Source of the DNA: the human T2T-CHM13v2.0 reference genome, Homo sapiens
DNA length: 64,000 bases
Assembly: GCF_009914755.1 (NCBI RefSeq)
Contig: NC_060928.1
Direction: 5' to 3' (one strand)
Shown here: positions 1-11,715 of the stretch, one piece after another
How the letters are laid out: the number at the start of each line of letters is the position of its first letter
Position numbering within the stretch: the first letter of the stretch is position 1
Translations under genes and position numbers: made by a program
Notes under the pieces: model-generated
What the model saw: the letters and a program-made list of their open reading frames with translations, nothing else
Told to the model about the DNA's origin: nothing
Database searches by the model: none

Positions 1-1600
1 GAAGTTTTGAACACCAAAGTCAACTCTGAGGGTTGGAACCAACTTCTTCCAAATTACTGTTAATGTTAATATTTTGTCCTTCTCCCATGAATCATGAATG
101 CTCCTAATGGCTTCTATAATGGTGAATCTTTTTCTGTAGGTTTTCAATTTACTCTTCCCAGATCCATCAGAAGAATCACTCTCTATGGCAGGGATAACCT
201 GAATAAAGGGCATTTCTTGAATAATAGGAGTTGAAAATCAAAATTATGGCTTAATACATGGACTGAAGGATTGGTGTTGTGTTAGAAAGCATGAAATCAT
301 ATATGTATCTTCTTATACATCCCCACCAGAGCTCTTGGATGACCAGATGCAGTGTTGGTTAGCAGTAATATTTTGGAAGAAATCTTTTTTCTGAGCAGTA
401 GGTCTTGACATTGGATTTAATACATGTGCTGTCTTTCAGGTTTTGTTAATCCATTTCTAGAGCACAGGGTAGATTTAACATGATTCTTAAGGGCCCTAAG
501 ATTTTCAGAATGGTAAATGAATATTGGTTTCAACTTAAAGTCAACAGCTGTAGTAACCTGTAAGAAAAGAGTCAACCTGTCCCTGGAAACTTTGAAGACA
601 TACACTGACTTTTCCTCTCTAGCTATGAAAGTCCTCAATGACATCTTCTTCCACTATAAGGCTGTTACATTCACATTGAAAATTTGTGGATAAGTGTATC
701 CACCTTCATTAATTATCTTAGGTATGTTTTCTGAATAACTTGATACAGCTTCTACATCAGCATTTGCTGCTTCACCTGCACTTTTTTGTTATAGAGATGA
801 TTTCCTTAAACTCATGAACCAACCTCTCCTAGCTTCCAACTTTTCTTCTGCAGTTCCCACACCTCTCTAAATTTTCATAGATTTTAAGAGAGTTAGGGTT
901 TTGCTCTGGTTTACGACTTGGCTTAAGAATTTAACACTAAAACTTTCTTCATATCAGCAATAAGGTTATTTCACTTTGTTATCATTTGTGTGTTCACTGG
1001 AGTAGCACTTTTAATTTCCCTCATGAGCTTTCCCTTTTCATTTACAACATGGATAACTGTTTGGTGCAGGAGGCCTACCTTTTGGTCTGTCTTGGCTTTC
1101 AACATGCCTTCCTCACTAAGCTTAATCATTTCTAGCTTTTGAATTAAAGTGAGAGACATGAGACTCTGCCTTTCACTTTAACGCTTAGAGGCCATTGTAG
1201 GGTTATTAATTGGTTTAATTTCAATGCTGTTGTGACTCCGGGAATACAGATGTCTGAGAAGAGTGAGAGAGATGGGGAGAACATCTGATCAGTGGAGCAG
1301 TCAGAACACATGTAACATTTATCGATTATTTTTCCTGTCTTATATGGGCATAGTTTGTGGCTTTCCAAAACAATTACAATAGTAACATCAAAGATCACTG
1401 ATCGAAGATCATCATAGCAGATATAATAAAAACTTTTGAAACATTCCAAGAATTACTAAAATGTTATACAGAGATACACAGTGAACATATACAGTTGAAA
1501 AAAATGATGCCAATAGACTTGCTTGACACAAGTTTGTCACAAATCTTCAATTTGTGAAAAAAACAATATCTTCATAGGGCAATAAAATGAGGTATGTCTG
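1..1600 (-). mobile_element. Tigger1 (TcMar-Tigger/pogo) DNA transposon, left part with decayed transposase; continues beyond the window start
   Basis: CAATAAAATGAGGTATGTCTG at 1580-1600 is the reverse complement of the Tigger1 terminal repeat (CAGGCATACCTCGTTTTATTG-like). Minus-strand ORF fragments [21 protein letters not shown] and [38 protein letters not shown] match Tigger1/TIGD1-type transposase and are broken by frameshifts. Confidence 0.93.
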
Positions 1601-1809
1601 CATTCCCTACAATCAAATGGAGCAGAGAAAAATAAGCATTCTTTGTGCAGTTGTAATATCACATATAAATTAAACTATTCATAAATTTTAATGTTGTATC
1701 AGCAATATGAATGGGATACATGCTACCTGTTTGTGAGGGTGGTGTCATAGAAATTCAAGTAAGAAAAAGAAACAATAGTGTAAGGAATAATTCTATAGCC
1801 ACTATTTAT

Positions 1810-1961
1810 TTACACCATTCGTCGTTTTCTATATGTATTATCTAAGGCTCTCTTCACACAAAAATAGCAGAGTTGTGTAGCTGTGACTAAGATTTTACGG
1901 TCTACAAAGCCAAAAACATATACTACTTGACCTTTACAGAAAAAAAAAATTGATGACCCCA
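1810..1961 (+). mobile_element. MER58-like hAT-Charlie non-autonomous DNA transposon, 3' part
   Basis: GCAGAGTTGTGTAGCTGTGAC..CTACAAAGCCAAAAACATATACTACTTGACCTTTACAGAAAAA..GACCCC resembles the MER58A 3' end. Confidence 0.7.
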
Positions 1962-2137
1962 TCACAGAACATGTGCTCAGTGAGTCAGATAAGTAGTGCT
2001 TTATGAGGACTCTTCACAGCATCAAACCAAGAGAGAACCCAAGAGAAGGTCTGAGAAAGGGCTCTGTGCTCATATGCTGTATATTCTGTTTGATGATAAA
2101 AAATATGCATGTTGCTTACTTCAGGAAGTAATAACAT

Positions 2138-2591
2138 GTATCTTAGATTAGGATATCTAAAAGCAGAGGCTGAGACAGAGATTTGGGAAGTAGTTATATA
2201 CTGAAGGATAGCTTTTAATAAAAAAAAATATAGTCTGAAGTGAGTGAAAGGAAAAGGGAAGGGTCAAGCAAGACTATTAATCCTGGTAAAGTATACCCTG
2301 GGCTGAGTCCACATTGGAGGATGAGGCCTCTGAAATAGAAATCTTACTGTTGTGTTTTGCCCCTTTGAGGGAAAGTTGCCCCTGTATCAATAGTTCATGA
2401 ATGGACACTGCCTCAGTATGAGCAGGTGTGTACATAACATTCCAACAAAGTTGGCTTCTGCTAGCTGGAGCAATTATCTAGGAACTGGGGTAGCTGTGAG
2501 CCATTAGCAGGCAGCACTTACAATAGCTGGGGGATAAGCACGTCATCCTGCTAACAGGAGATCCAGTGGAGAACAAACAGCACCTACAACA
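2138..2591 (-). mobile_element. Old ERVL-class solo LTR (LTR16/LTR33-like)
   Basis: Starts TGTATCTTAGATTAGGATATCTAAAAGCAGAGGCTGAGACAGAGATTTGGG and ends ..CAGCACCTACAACA, resembling reverse-oriented LTR16-group LTRs. Subfamily uncertain. Confidence 0.5.
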
Positions 2592-3049
2592 GAATCTTAC
2601 TCAAATAACAGTCAACTAAATGTCTACTGGATTTCAGTCTTGATTACTACCAAATGATGCATCCAGAATGATCTTTCCAAAGTGCAAACCTCAGCAGCTA
2701 TTTGCTTAGAAACCTTTGAGAGTCCTCTTAGGATATCTGTTGAGTCACCCATGGGCTGGCCTTTCTAGATACTCATTACTTATTCATGGACCCAGCAGCA
2801 TTTTCTATGAACAAACCCTAATCTTACTTCCTTTACTAGTACAGTATAAAAATATTTGAATTTCCCTAATTCCTTAGAACTTCCTTATTCCTTAGAACTC
2901 TGCCCATGCTGAAACCTGTGTCTTACGTCAATATGTTGACATATACATTGAAGAATTCAGTGCCCCTCCTATCCTCAAGTGACCACTTCAATACAGGAAC
3001 TGCTGAGACTTAAATATTAAATTCCTAGTGGCTTTATTCAAAGGGAATA

Positions 3050-3515
3050 CGGTAGATTGGGGCAAAAAAAGATAAATGCTCTGCAGCTCCAGTTATCAAG
3101 AGGTCAAGTTTACGTTAAAATCTCTTGAAAGGTGGCAAGGCTTATGACTTGCTTAGGCCAGTGGAACAGTAGAAAACCTGATGCAAGTGGATATTTAAAG
3201 TGCTGGCACAATGAGGCTTTGGAACTCTAGGGCTACCATGGGAATGAGTTTAGGCAAGGCTAATGTAGGATAAAAGAACACATAGAGAGAAGAGCAAGTT
3301 GGTCCCAGATGTCCCACCCATCATAACCAACCAGTCACAGCTGGCCCACCATTTAACTGCAGATGCATGAGGATGAGATAATCCATGTCTGGTTCAAATC
3401 AGAACTGCCTAGTAAATCCAGCCCAAATTATCTACCTACAGAATCATAAAGTCAAATTTTTAGCCACTAAATTTTTTTGGCAGTTACTCCTATAGAGAGA
3501 GTTGTCCAATAGAAG
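3050..3515 (+). mobile_element. MLT1 (ERVL-MaLR) LTR, decayed
   Basis: Contains MLT1-like blocks TGACTTGCTTAGGCCAGTGGAA, AGAACTGCCTAGTAAATCCAGCCCAAATT..CTACAGAATCAT and TTTTAGCCACTAAATTTT..GGCAGTTACT. Confidence 0.55.
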
Positions 3516-3661
3516 ATACTCCACTCCTTTATCAGGCTCTATCAAGTATAACTAAAATATTGAGAAGCCCTTAAAACTGGAGAGAAAAACAAGTTAAAGT
3601 GAAAAATTAGGAAAAAATATTCTTAGAGACTAAATGAGTGAGTTACATTATTCCTCTGAGA

Positions 3662-4172
3662 AGGTTTATACCCAAAAGATTATAAATCATTCTACTATAA
3701 AGATGCATGCACATGTATGTTTATTGCAGCACTATTCCCAATAGCAAAGACTTGGAACCAACCCAAATGTTCATCAATAATAGACTGGGTTAAGAAAATG
3801 TGGCACATATACACTGTGGAATACTATGCAGCCATAAAAAAGGATGAGTTCATGTCCTTTGCAGGGACATGGATGAAGCTGGAAATCATCATTCTCAGCA
3901 AACTACCACAAGAACAGAAAACCAAACACCGCATGTTGTCACTCATAAGAGGGAGTTGAACAATGAGAACACATGGACATAGGGAGGGGACTATCGCACA
4001 CTGGGGCCTGTCAAGGGGTTGGGGGACTAGGGGAGGGATAACTTTAGGAGAAATACCTAATGTAGGTGATGGGTTGATGGGTGCAGCAAACCACCATGGC
4101 ACGTGTATACCTATGTAACAAAACTGCACATTCTGCACATGTACCCCAGAACTTAAAGTATAATAATAAAAG
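3662..4172 (+). mobile_element. L1PA LINE-1 3' end (ORF2 C-terminus, 3'UTR and A-rich tail), 5'-truncated
   Basis: ORF 3717-3959 MFIAALFPIAKTWNQPKC..DWVKKMWHIYTVEYYAAIKKDEFMSFAGTWMKLE..IILSKL is the L1 ORF2 C-terminus. It is followed by the G-rich 3'UTR and ACTTAAAGTATAATAATAAAA. Confidence 0.95.
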
Positions 4173-6209
4173 AGATAATGCAAGAATATTGACTCCAAAA
4201 TGTGTACATCTGTTTTCAGATAACCTATTTTCAACATTGTCCCCATTGTGTTCCATTCCTAAATTCTATTATCATTCACTCAATCAAATCTGTGGACTGA
4301 AATTCCATCACTCTCATTAATTCCATTGGGTCCTCGCAAACAGTATGTTAAAGAATCACACCAAATGTCAGAGCTCTTCCAAAAGAGTTGAGTTTTTTTG
4401 TTCCAATGAATACGGTTCATATGAGAAATATGGTTCACATGAGACAAAAATAATTTAAGAATAGAAGCCTTCTAAGCTCTATGCAACTGTTTATAAGAAA
4501 CATTTGCAGGTAATCATCATTATTGCCACATAATAGGCATTGGGTGTTTATCATATAAATTAGTTTATCATCACCAGATAAATGAAGTTACTTTATTGCC
4601 TCTATAATTAAGTAGAAAGATGGCAGGATGAGAAAGTAACTCTTGCTTCTTTGGTTTGCAAAATTCGAAATGTTGAACTTGATCAATTTGCTTGCAATGA
4701 CCAAAAACTTTAGTTGCAATAACATTCATAAAACCTATCCCTGCCAATGCTACAGTAATGCAAGCATAATATTTCTTTTATCTTGTTTACACTTGGAAGG
4801 TAAAAGAGATAAAAATTGTCAGAAAATCTCAGCAGTTCAAATAAATTTATGTCTTCTTAAACATCTTTTCCTACAACATAACAAAAGCACAGGGAATCAT
4901 GCTGTATTTTATTGACATTGTAAATAGTGATTTTTAAAGATTTCTGGCTTCATGATTTCCTCTTTCCTGTTGCTTTCCACAAGTTTCAGGAATAAAGTAA
5001 GAATATATACAGTCAAATATTTATTCCTTCCACACCCTGGACCATACAATATGTCTTCAATGTTATCCTACAAAACACTGTGTTAGACTGTGAACAGAGA
5101 TGACAGCCTAAAACGAAACAAACAACCCCCACCCCCCAAAAAACAAATATACCTAAAGCAAGGATTTATAAAGTCATTGCAAAAAGAGTCCAAAATTGCC
5201 ATTATTGGATAATATGGGAGTCTGGTGCATGGATTTTAAAGCAATATACAGACATTCACTACATCTGTCTTCAAATGTGCATAGTTTTTCTTTAGTTGTG
5301 ACAGCAGTCACTTGATATTGATGAACTCTGAATGATGCCCAAATACAGAAAGATGCTCTTAAATGTGGCCAACTGAAGACAAAGTATCATGGTCACTATG
5401 GTGCTTATTATAATATTTGCTTTACCTATATATTTTAGTACAAACAGAAAATATCAGAACATGAAATGTTTTCTATGCCATGCTAGAATTTAAGTTTCAC
5501 ATATGTACAAACTGTTGTTTAGCTCACCAATGTATTTAGCTCACCAATATATCCCAAGGATATAGCCTGACATGTAACAGGTGTTAAATTAGTGACTGGA
5601 TGAATATATGATGAGATAGATTCTGGTTATTTTCTGTACTGCTGAAGTGTTAGGGGTTCTTTTCTCCTTGAGTTCTTCAAATTATTTGCTGTTCTGTATA
5701 TTTTGTCATAAACATAACAGAGGTCAGCTTAAAATATCTATTGAGATGTATTTTATAGGTATTAAGAGGAGCAGGACAAATACTTGAGGAAACTTTGCAG
5801 CACAGGACGGGAGTCTGAACAGCTATCAGAGTATAATTTTAGGTAGAATGCAAATCAGTAATGCTGTGGTCGGGGCCTGCTCTTGCTTTTAGGTTTTCCT
5901 GTAATGCTAATCATTCACATTCAGAGTCCTCTTCAAGAAGAGTGAATTCTCTGTGTCAATTTTAGACAACCAGAGAGGCTTAAAAGAAAAATGATTGACT
6001 CTTTATCCTTTCTTTATTCCAAGAATGCATTGTTCCTTTTATTTTACTGTCCATTATCCTTAACATATTCAGCATTAGAATTTCAGTTACGAATCTCCAG
6101 TGCGTATTTTAAAAATTCAAATAACTGATACTTTGATCAAATCTTCAACTTGTATATCAGAGCATTAAGGATGTTAGCTGAAGTCTGTTCTCTCTCTAAC
6201 CTCATACAA

Positions 6210-6381
6210 TACACACACAGATGCACACACACACACATATAAATATATATAAATGTAAAAAATCTCATATATAAATATATAAAATAGGTGTGTGTATATA
6301 CATAAATATATAAAATGTGTGTATATGTAAATATATAAAACGTGTGTATATATATAAATATATAAAATGTGTGTCTGTGTG
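6210..6381. repeat. (CA)n followed by a TA-rich minisatellite-like tract
   Basis: (CA)n, then about four imperfect copies of ATAAATATATAAAAYGTGTGT. Confidence 0.85.
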
Positions 6382-7479
6382 CTTAACACTTTAGGAAAAA
6401 ACATAATGCTCTCTTTTCAAAAGGAGACTCAGATTTTTAAATACAAATTCCATTCCTTTGAAGAAGGGTCAATTGTATTTCCTATTTAAAATTTAAAGTG
6501 AAATCACCTATTAAGAAGAAAAATACTTTTTCTTCAAATAAAATACAGTTCTTACTAAAATATTCTTGATGAAATCTAAATGAATAAAACTGTAAATGAA
6601 CCAATTACCTTGTTCTTTTATTAAAGATTAGTAGACGTCCCAGGGAGCATTAAGCTTAAATTTGAACAAATTATTGAAACTTGACCAGCAATTTGAATGG
6701 AAACTGTATGTGTGGAAAATTATACAATGTAAAAAGCTAGTATTTTTTGTACTTTTTGGGAAACTATGTGGCAGTTTTTATTACATATATTTTTGCATTA
6801 TTACCCTGCAACAAGTCAGAGGGATATAATGCTTCATGGAGGGTGATGACACTGTGAGACAGCAGTCATAAATAACAGAAGTGAAAGCACACTTTCGACT
6901 TTTGAATAAAATGTCTTTCCACTGATTCTGAGTAAGCATCAAAGCTCTGCTTTGAGAAATCCTATCTTTGAACTACTCTATATGGAGTAGAGTAAATATG
7001 GCCTTATCTGGGTTCAGTTTTCAAATAAAAGTCAAAATAAAAATGAAATCATCCATGCATTTCTAAATCAAGTTATGTAATATTGTCCCCTCACCTTTCT
7101 TCCTTTGCATCAATGTACCATGAATTGAAGGTTATTTTTGTTGTCATAAAGTCATATTTATGAAATGCAAAATACCAAAGAAGGAACTCCATAAGGTGGG
7201 CTAAAGCTTATTTTAAAAACACAGCAAATAAAAATAAACACCAAAACTTTATATTTTAATTTTCTTTGTCAAAAATTCAGACATGCTAAAATAGTACTTT
7301 AACATTCTCTAATTGTTTTTATATAGACTTTTTGATAATTACTTATCTGTGGAAAGTTTTAGAAGGAACCATAGTTTCACAATTGTATGGATAATTTTGT
7401 TCACACTGCTAATCCTTCTCCATTAATTATTGTTGTATATTTCAATTTTTGCTATTTCTTGAAGCTAGAGTTTTCAAAC

Positions 7480-8225
7480 TCCTCTCATGCATATGAAAAC
7501 CTACTTAATTTGAGATCAGTGTATACGACTACTTATTAAGTATCTACAACTTGGATTCCTTAAAGGAACCCAAAACCCAACTACATATCTGGGCTCATTA
7601 TCTTTTCAATCAAACCAATCTTTGTTCTGTCATCTATTCAGATATTAAAGCCAAAATTTAAAAAGTTGCAGGCAATCCTTGCCAAATTCTCTTTCCTTGA
7701 TAGCCCCATATTTAGTCTCATAACAAGTCCTGCCAATATTACCAATGTATTTAAGAACTTCTCTCCATCTCCATTCTTACTACTTATATCCAAACTATCA
7801 TCCCATTTTTTTTCTGTATTGATGCAACATCCTCCTACATTCCTACATTTGTTTTTACCCTTTTCAGCTTCTTTTATATATTACAGCTGGAGTTATATTT
7901 CCAAAATGACAACCCGAACATGTCCCCTCAGTGTATAAAAACGTTAAACTGATCTCAATGCTATTAGCATAACACCCCCAAATTTTTACATACAAGGTTT
8001 TGCACAATATGGTAACTGACAAATTATGTCTCCTTGTTATAGGTTACTATAATGCTCCAATTTTTCTTCTTAAAATATATGGACATTTACACATACATAC
8101 CTATGTTTTTATTTGTCTCTCATCTCTTACACTTAAGATTATGAGGACAGAGAGTTTGCAGTTCTGACCCTAGCCTGCTTTCTCCAGCTTCTAGTCCAAT
8201 TGGTTCTGAACGAATAAATGAATTT
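7480..8225 (+). mobile_element. L2 LINE remnants
   Basis: Decayed CT-rich L2-type sequence ending in TGAACGAATAAATGAAT, like the L2 3' tail. Boundaries approximate. Confidence 0.5.
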
Positions 8226-8639
8226 CAAAAACACAGAGGAGAAAATTACCAGGCTATGCATAAAGGAAAAAGTAAAAATAAGATAGCAATGGTTAATTTT
8301 GACAGCCTTAACTAAGAAAATGAATAAAATAATTTGACAACTGAACAAAAGTAACTTGGCAATGAGAAATTCATTTATTCATTTACCCTTGAACTCAAAA
8401 TAAATTTCCTGAGAGTAGATAGTGTTTTGGAAACTCAGTTGCCAAAAAACAACTCATTCAATAGAGTAGCATATAAACTTATAAATATATCATTGAATTG
8501 AAGTGAGAGATGTTTTAATGGAGAAATTCAGAAGAAACATTGAAAGCATAAATGAGAATAAGGGAATCCTACATAGGATTTGAGAAATGTTTAAGAATTT
8601 GACCATATAAATTTTTCTAGTTAATACTGTATAAAAAAA

Positions 8640-9000
8640 TCCTGAATGTTTGGTATAGGAAATAAATATTTATAAGTAGAGAAATGATTCAATAAAGTAT
8701 GCTCTGGTCATAGTAAGAAATACTCTGGAACCATTATACACAGCAAGGTAGATGGGTAGTACTGACCTGGAAATATATCAATGGCATTTTGCTTAACAAA
8801 AAAGAGAAAGTTGCAAAATAAAATATATGAGCATATGTGTGCAGAAATCGTGTGAATGCAATTTAAATGGTCTAAAAGGTAAACATTACATGGCAAATGA
8901 GATGTCTGAAGGGAACTTTCTAATTATTGCATGCTATATATTATTTTCTTGTTTGTGTTTCAGTATATGCATTGTTTTTGCTTTTGTATTTGCGAAATAA
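8640..9000 (+). mobile_element. Ancient L1M (L1ME-like) 3' fragment
   Basis: GAAATACTCTGGAACCATT..ACTGACCTGGAAATATATCAATGGCATTTTGCTTAACAAAAAAGAGAAAGTTGCAAAATAAAATATATGAGCAT resembles the L1ME ORF2 end and 3'UTR. Confidence 0.5.
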
Positions 9001-9464
9001 TTGTTCTAAAAATAAGTTAAAGGTGCTCACCTATTGGGTTGGATATAAAGGGAAGAGTTCATCATTTGTAGATTTGACTTTTGCCCACATTTGTTCTGTA
9101 CTGTCCTATGGCTGTTTAGTTATCTCTTTATGTGCCCAGTGGGATAGAAAACAAAAACAAAAACAAAAACTGCTTGCAGTTTCAGAAAGACCATGATACT
9201 GAATAACACGTTGTTTGAACTTTATAGGAATGAGACCATTAAATAATTTTTTTCAATAAAGTAATAGTTACTTGAACCATAATAGAGTAGCCTATAGGTC
9301 ATTAAAAGGCAATGTAAACATTTTTTGTAATACATTTTTATCCCCGAAGTTGAAATATATATTTAAATGTTAAAACTGAAGACTGAATGTTACGAAATTA
9401 ATTAATATAAAGTTTGGTTTATATTTAGAGAGTAAAAGATTTTTACCAGAGGACAAATACAGAC

Positions 9465-9514
9465 TCGCGGAGGAAGTGGCACTGTCAGTTCGCGGAGGAA
9501 GTGGCACTGTCAGT
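9465..9514 (+). repeat. Perfect 25-bp tandem duplication at the 5' end of the retrocopy
   Basis: TCGCGGAGGAAGTGGCACTGTCAGT at 9465-9489 and 9490-9514, followed by CCGCGG. Confidence 0.95.
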
Positions 9515-11715
9515 CCGCGGCACTCGTGGGCTCCTCAACATGGAGCTACAGGAGGCCTTGAGAAGCAGCAGCAGGAACGAGGCTCGCCAGCCAACCACAA
9601 CACCAAAAGCAAAGCCCGAAAGAAGCTCCCCCTGACCATGGCTGACTCGAGGCGGCCGTGCACCCTGATGGGCATTTATCCCCATGAACCCAAACACGAG
9701 AAGAAGGTTAATAAAGGTGCTACTGCGGCCCAAACTTCTTACCTCATGGAAGATATCAGGTTTCTCATCCAAGAATTCATCGTCAACAAGGTCCGAGAAT
9801 GCAAGGTGTCTGTCCGGAAGCCCCGGGAGGCCTATGAGAAGAGCGAGCGGAACACCGTGGAACATCTAAAGGACAATAAGGCCGACTACAAACATGACCA
9901 CATCATCAAGGAATGGTACCCCACATTCATCGACGCCCGGGGGGACCTGGGCGGCTCCGCCTTCTCCACGTGCTTCCTCTTTTCCACCTTCCCCCGGACT
10001 GACAAGTGCCATGTGCAGATCGTTCCGCTGTGCTGCAGGCTCGCAGCGGAGTTCACGTATTACATCATCGCTGCCTGTGCCCCGAGCAAGGTCTTCCTGT
10101 CCATCAAACGCATTTACTACCAGGCTGAGGTGCTGGCACAGCCCATCGTGTGGATCACCCCCTGTGCTTTCTCCCACGACCACCGGACAGACGTGGACTA
10201 CAGAGTCATGGCCACCTTCACCTAATTCTACAGCACCCTACTGGGCTTCATTGATGAACTTCAGCCTCTGCCAGTCGCTCAACGTTCACTATCCCCTCAA
10301 GCTGAGGGTCAGGCCCAAGCAGAGGGGAAAGCCAGTGAGGGCACCTACGCGCTGGACTCAGAGAGCCCAGTGGAGAAACTGGAGGCCCTCAGTGCCAGCC
10401 TGGCCCGCGCGGTGGTGCCTATCACAGAGGAAGAGGCCGAGGTGGATGAGTTTCCCGCCAATGGGGAGTTGGCGGTGCAGGAGGAGGACCACAGGAAGGA
10501 GCTGGAGGCGCAGGAGAAGCACAAGAAGCTTTTTGAGGGCTTGAAGTTCTTCGTTAACTGACAGGTGTCCCCTGAAGCCCTAGCCTTCGTCATCAGGAGT
10601 TTTGCGGGGGGGGACATATCCTGGGAAAAGCCTTTGTGCATGGGTCCCACCTATGCAGCACCCACCAGATTGTCGACTGGCCTGGGCAGCAGACCTCAGT
10701 TATTGGCAGACACTACGTGGAGCCCCAGTGGTTGTTTGACTCCGTGAACGCTAGACTGCACTTCCCTGGAGCAGAGTACTTCCCTGCAATGCAGCTACCC
10801 CTACATTCTTCACCCTTTGTGACTGAGGAGGAAGGAGATTACATCCCATCTGAGAAGCTGAAGCTTCTGGCTCTGCAGCGGGGAGAGGACCCAGGAAACT
10901 TGAATGAGTCAGAAGAGGAGGAGGAGGAAGACAACCAAGGTGATGGTGATGAAGGGGGAGAAAATGAAGGGGAGAGTGGTTCGGAAACGGAGGAAAAGGC
11001 CTGGCTGGCAGCACCGGAGGAGCAGAGAACGGAGGGGAAGAAGCCCAGGGTGATAGCAGGACACGAGAAGCTGGAGAAGCAGCAGCAGCTGGCCCAGGAG
11101 GAGGAGAGCGAGGCCAGGCGCCTGGCCACTATGATGATGAAGAAGCCGGAGAAGTACCTGTACCAGAAGATCATGTTTGACAAAAGGCGAAAAAGCCAAG
11201 AGGCCAAAAAGCTACCAGAGTAGCAGAAAGCCCATGATGAGGCAGTGAGATCTGAGAAGGCCGAAAAATCAAGGCCGATTTGAGTGCCAGTGGCCCCTCA
11301 GAGGGCCGAGGCCAGCTCCCCAGCAGCCGGATGTGGCAGAGGCAGGCCAGAGCACCGAAGTGTGGTGACAGATCAGAGTCGCTTCTTTTCTCCTCTTCCT
11401 TCCTCCAGCCAGGCCTGGCCCCTCATGCTCCTTGGCTAGCCTGGCGGGGAGCTCTGGCTTCCTTTGGATGGAGCTCCCCTGCTGGTGCCTGGGTGGAGAA
11501 GAGGCCTCTGTGCCCAGCCTGATTCTGTGCTCCCAGAAGCCAGTGACACGAGGTGCAGGTGCCTGACCAGGCCCTCACATGCTGTCCCCATTCATCCTGG
11601 CTTTCCACGGCTCCCTCCCACACAGTGTGTCCCATGATTCTCAGGCTGTGATGGGTTAAGGGTGTGGGTAGCAATTGTTATTAAACGACTGGACTTTTGC
11701 AGCCAATTGTGAAGA
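9465..11715 (+). pseudogene. PES1P: Processed (intronless) pseudogene of PES1, pescadillo ribosomal biogenesis factor 1 (PES1P-type retrocopy)
   Basis: Translated segments follow PES1 end to end: [74 protein letters not shown]-region [25 protein letters not shown], an acidic tract, and [15 protein letters not shown]. Lesions: start ATG now reads ACA (9548-9550); stops TAA 10223-10225, TGA 10559-10561 and TAG 11221-11223; frameshifts near 10250 and 10610-10660. The native stop is TGA 11281-11283, followed by a 3'UTR with ATTAAA at 11680-11685 and a decayed A-tail near 11711-11718. Which numbered PES1P locus this is cannot be told from sequence alone. Confidence 0.96.

Noticed and set aside
417-1449. 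TIGD1-like domesticated transposase gene
   Set aside because: Fragmented by frameshifts and stops and still attached to a Tigger1 terminal repeat, so it is a fossil transposon.
2864-5552. Micro-duplications (ATTCCTTAGAACT twice near 2868-2900; TTTAGCTCACCAAT twice at 5518-5548)
   Set aside because: Ordinary slippage duplications under 20 bp with no further structure.
9476-11283. Functional PES1 gene
   Set aside because: Intronless, ancestral ATG lost, three premature stops and frameshifts. The listed 249-aa ORF begins at a GTG inside the duplicated 5' UTR.
9485-11674. Alternative-frame and antisense ORFs over the pseudogene (e.g. 216 aa at 9894-10544, 122 aa at 10839-11207)
   Set aside because: Shadow ORFs expected in GC-rich, codon-structured sequence. 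Low-complexity composition and no recognisable domain apart from a frameshifted PES1 stretch.
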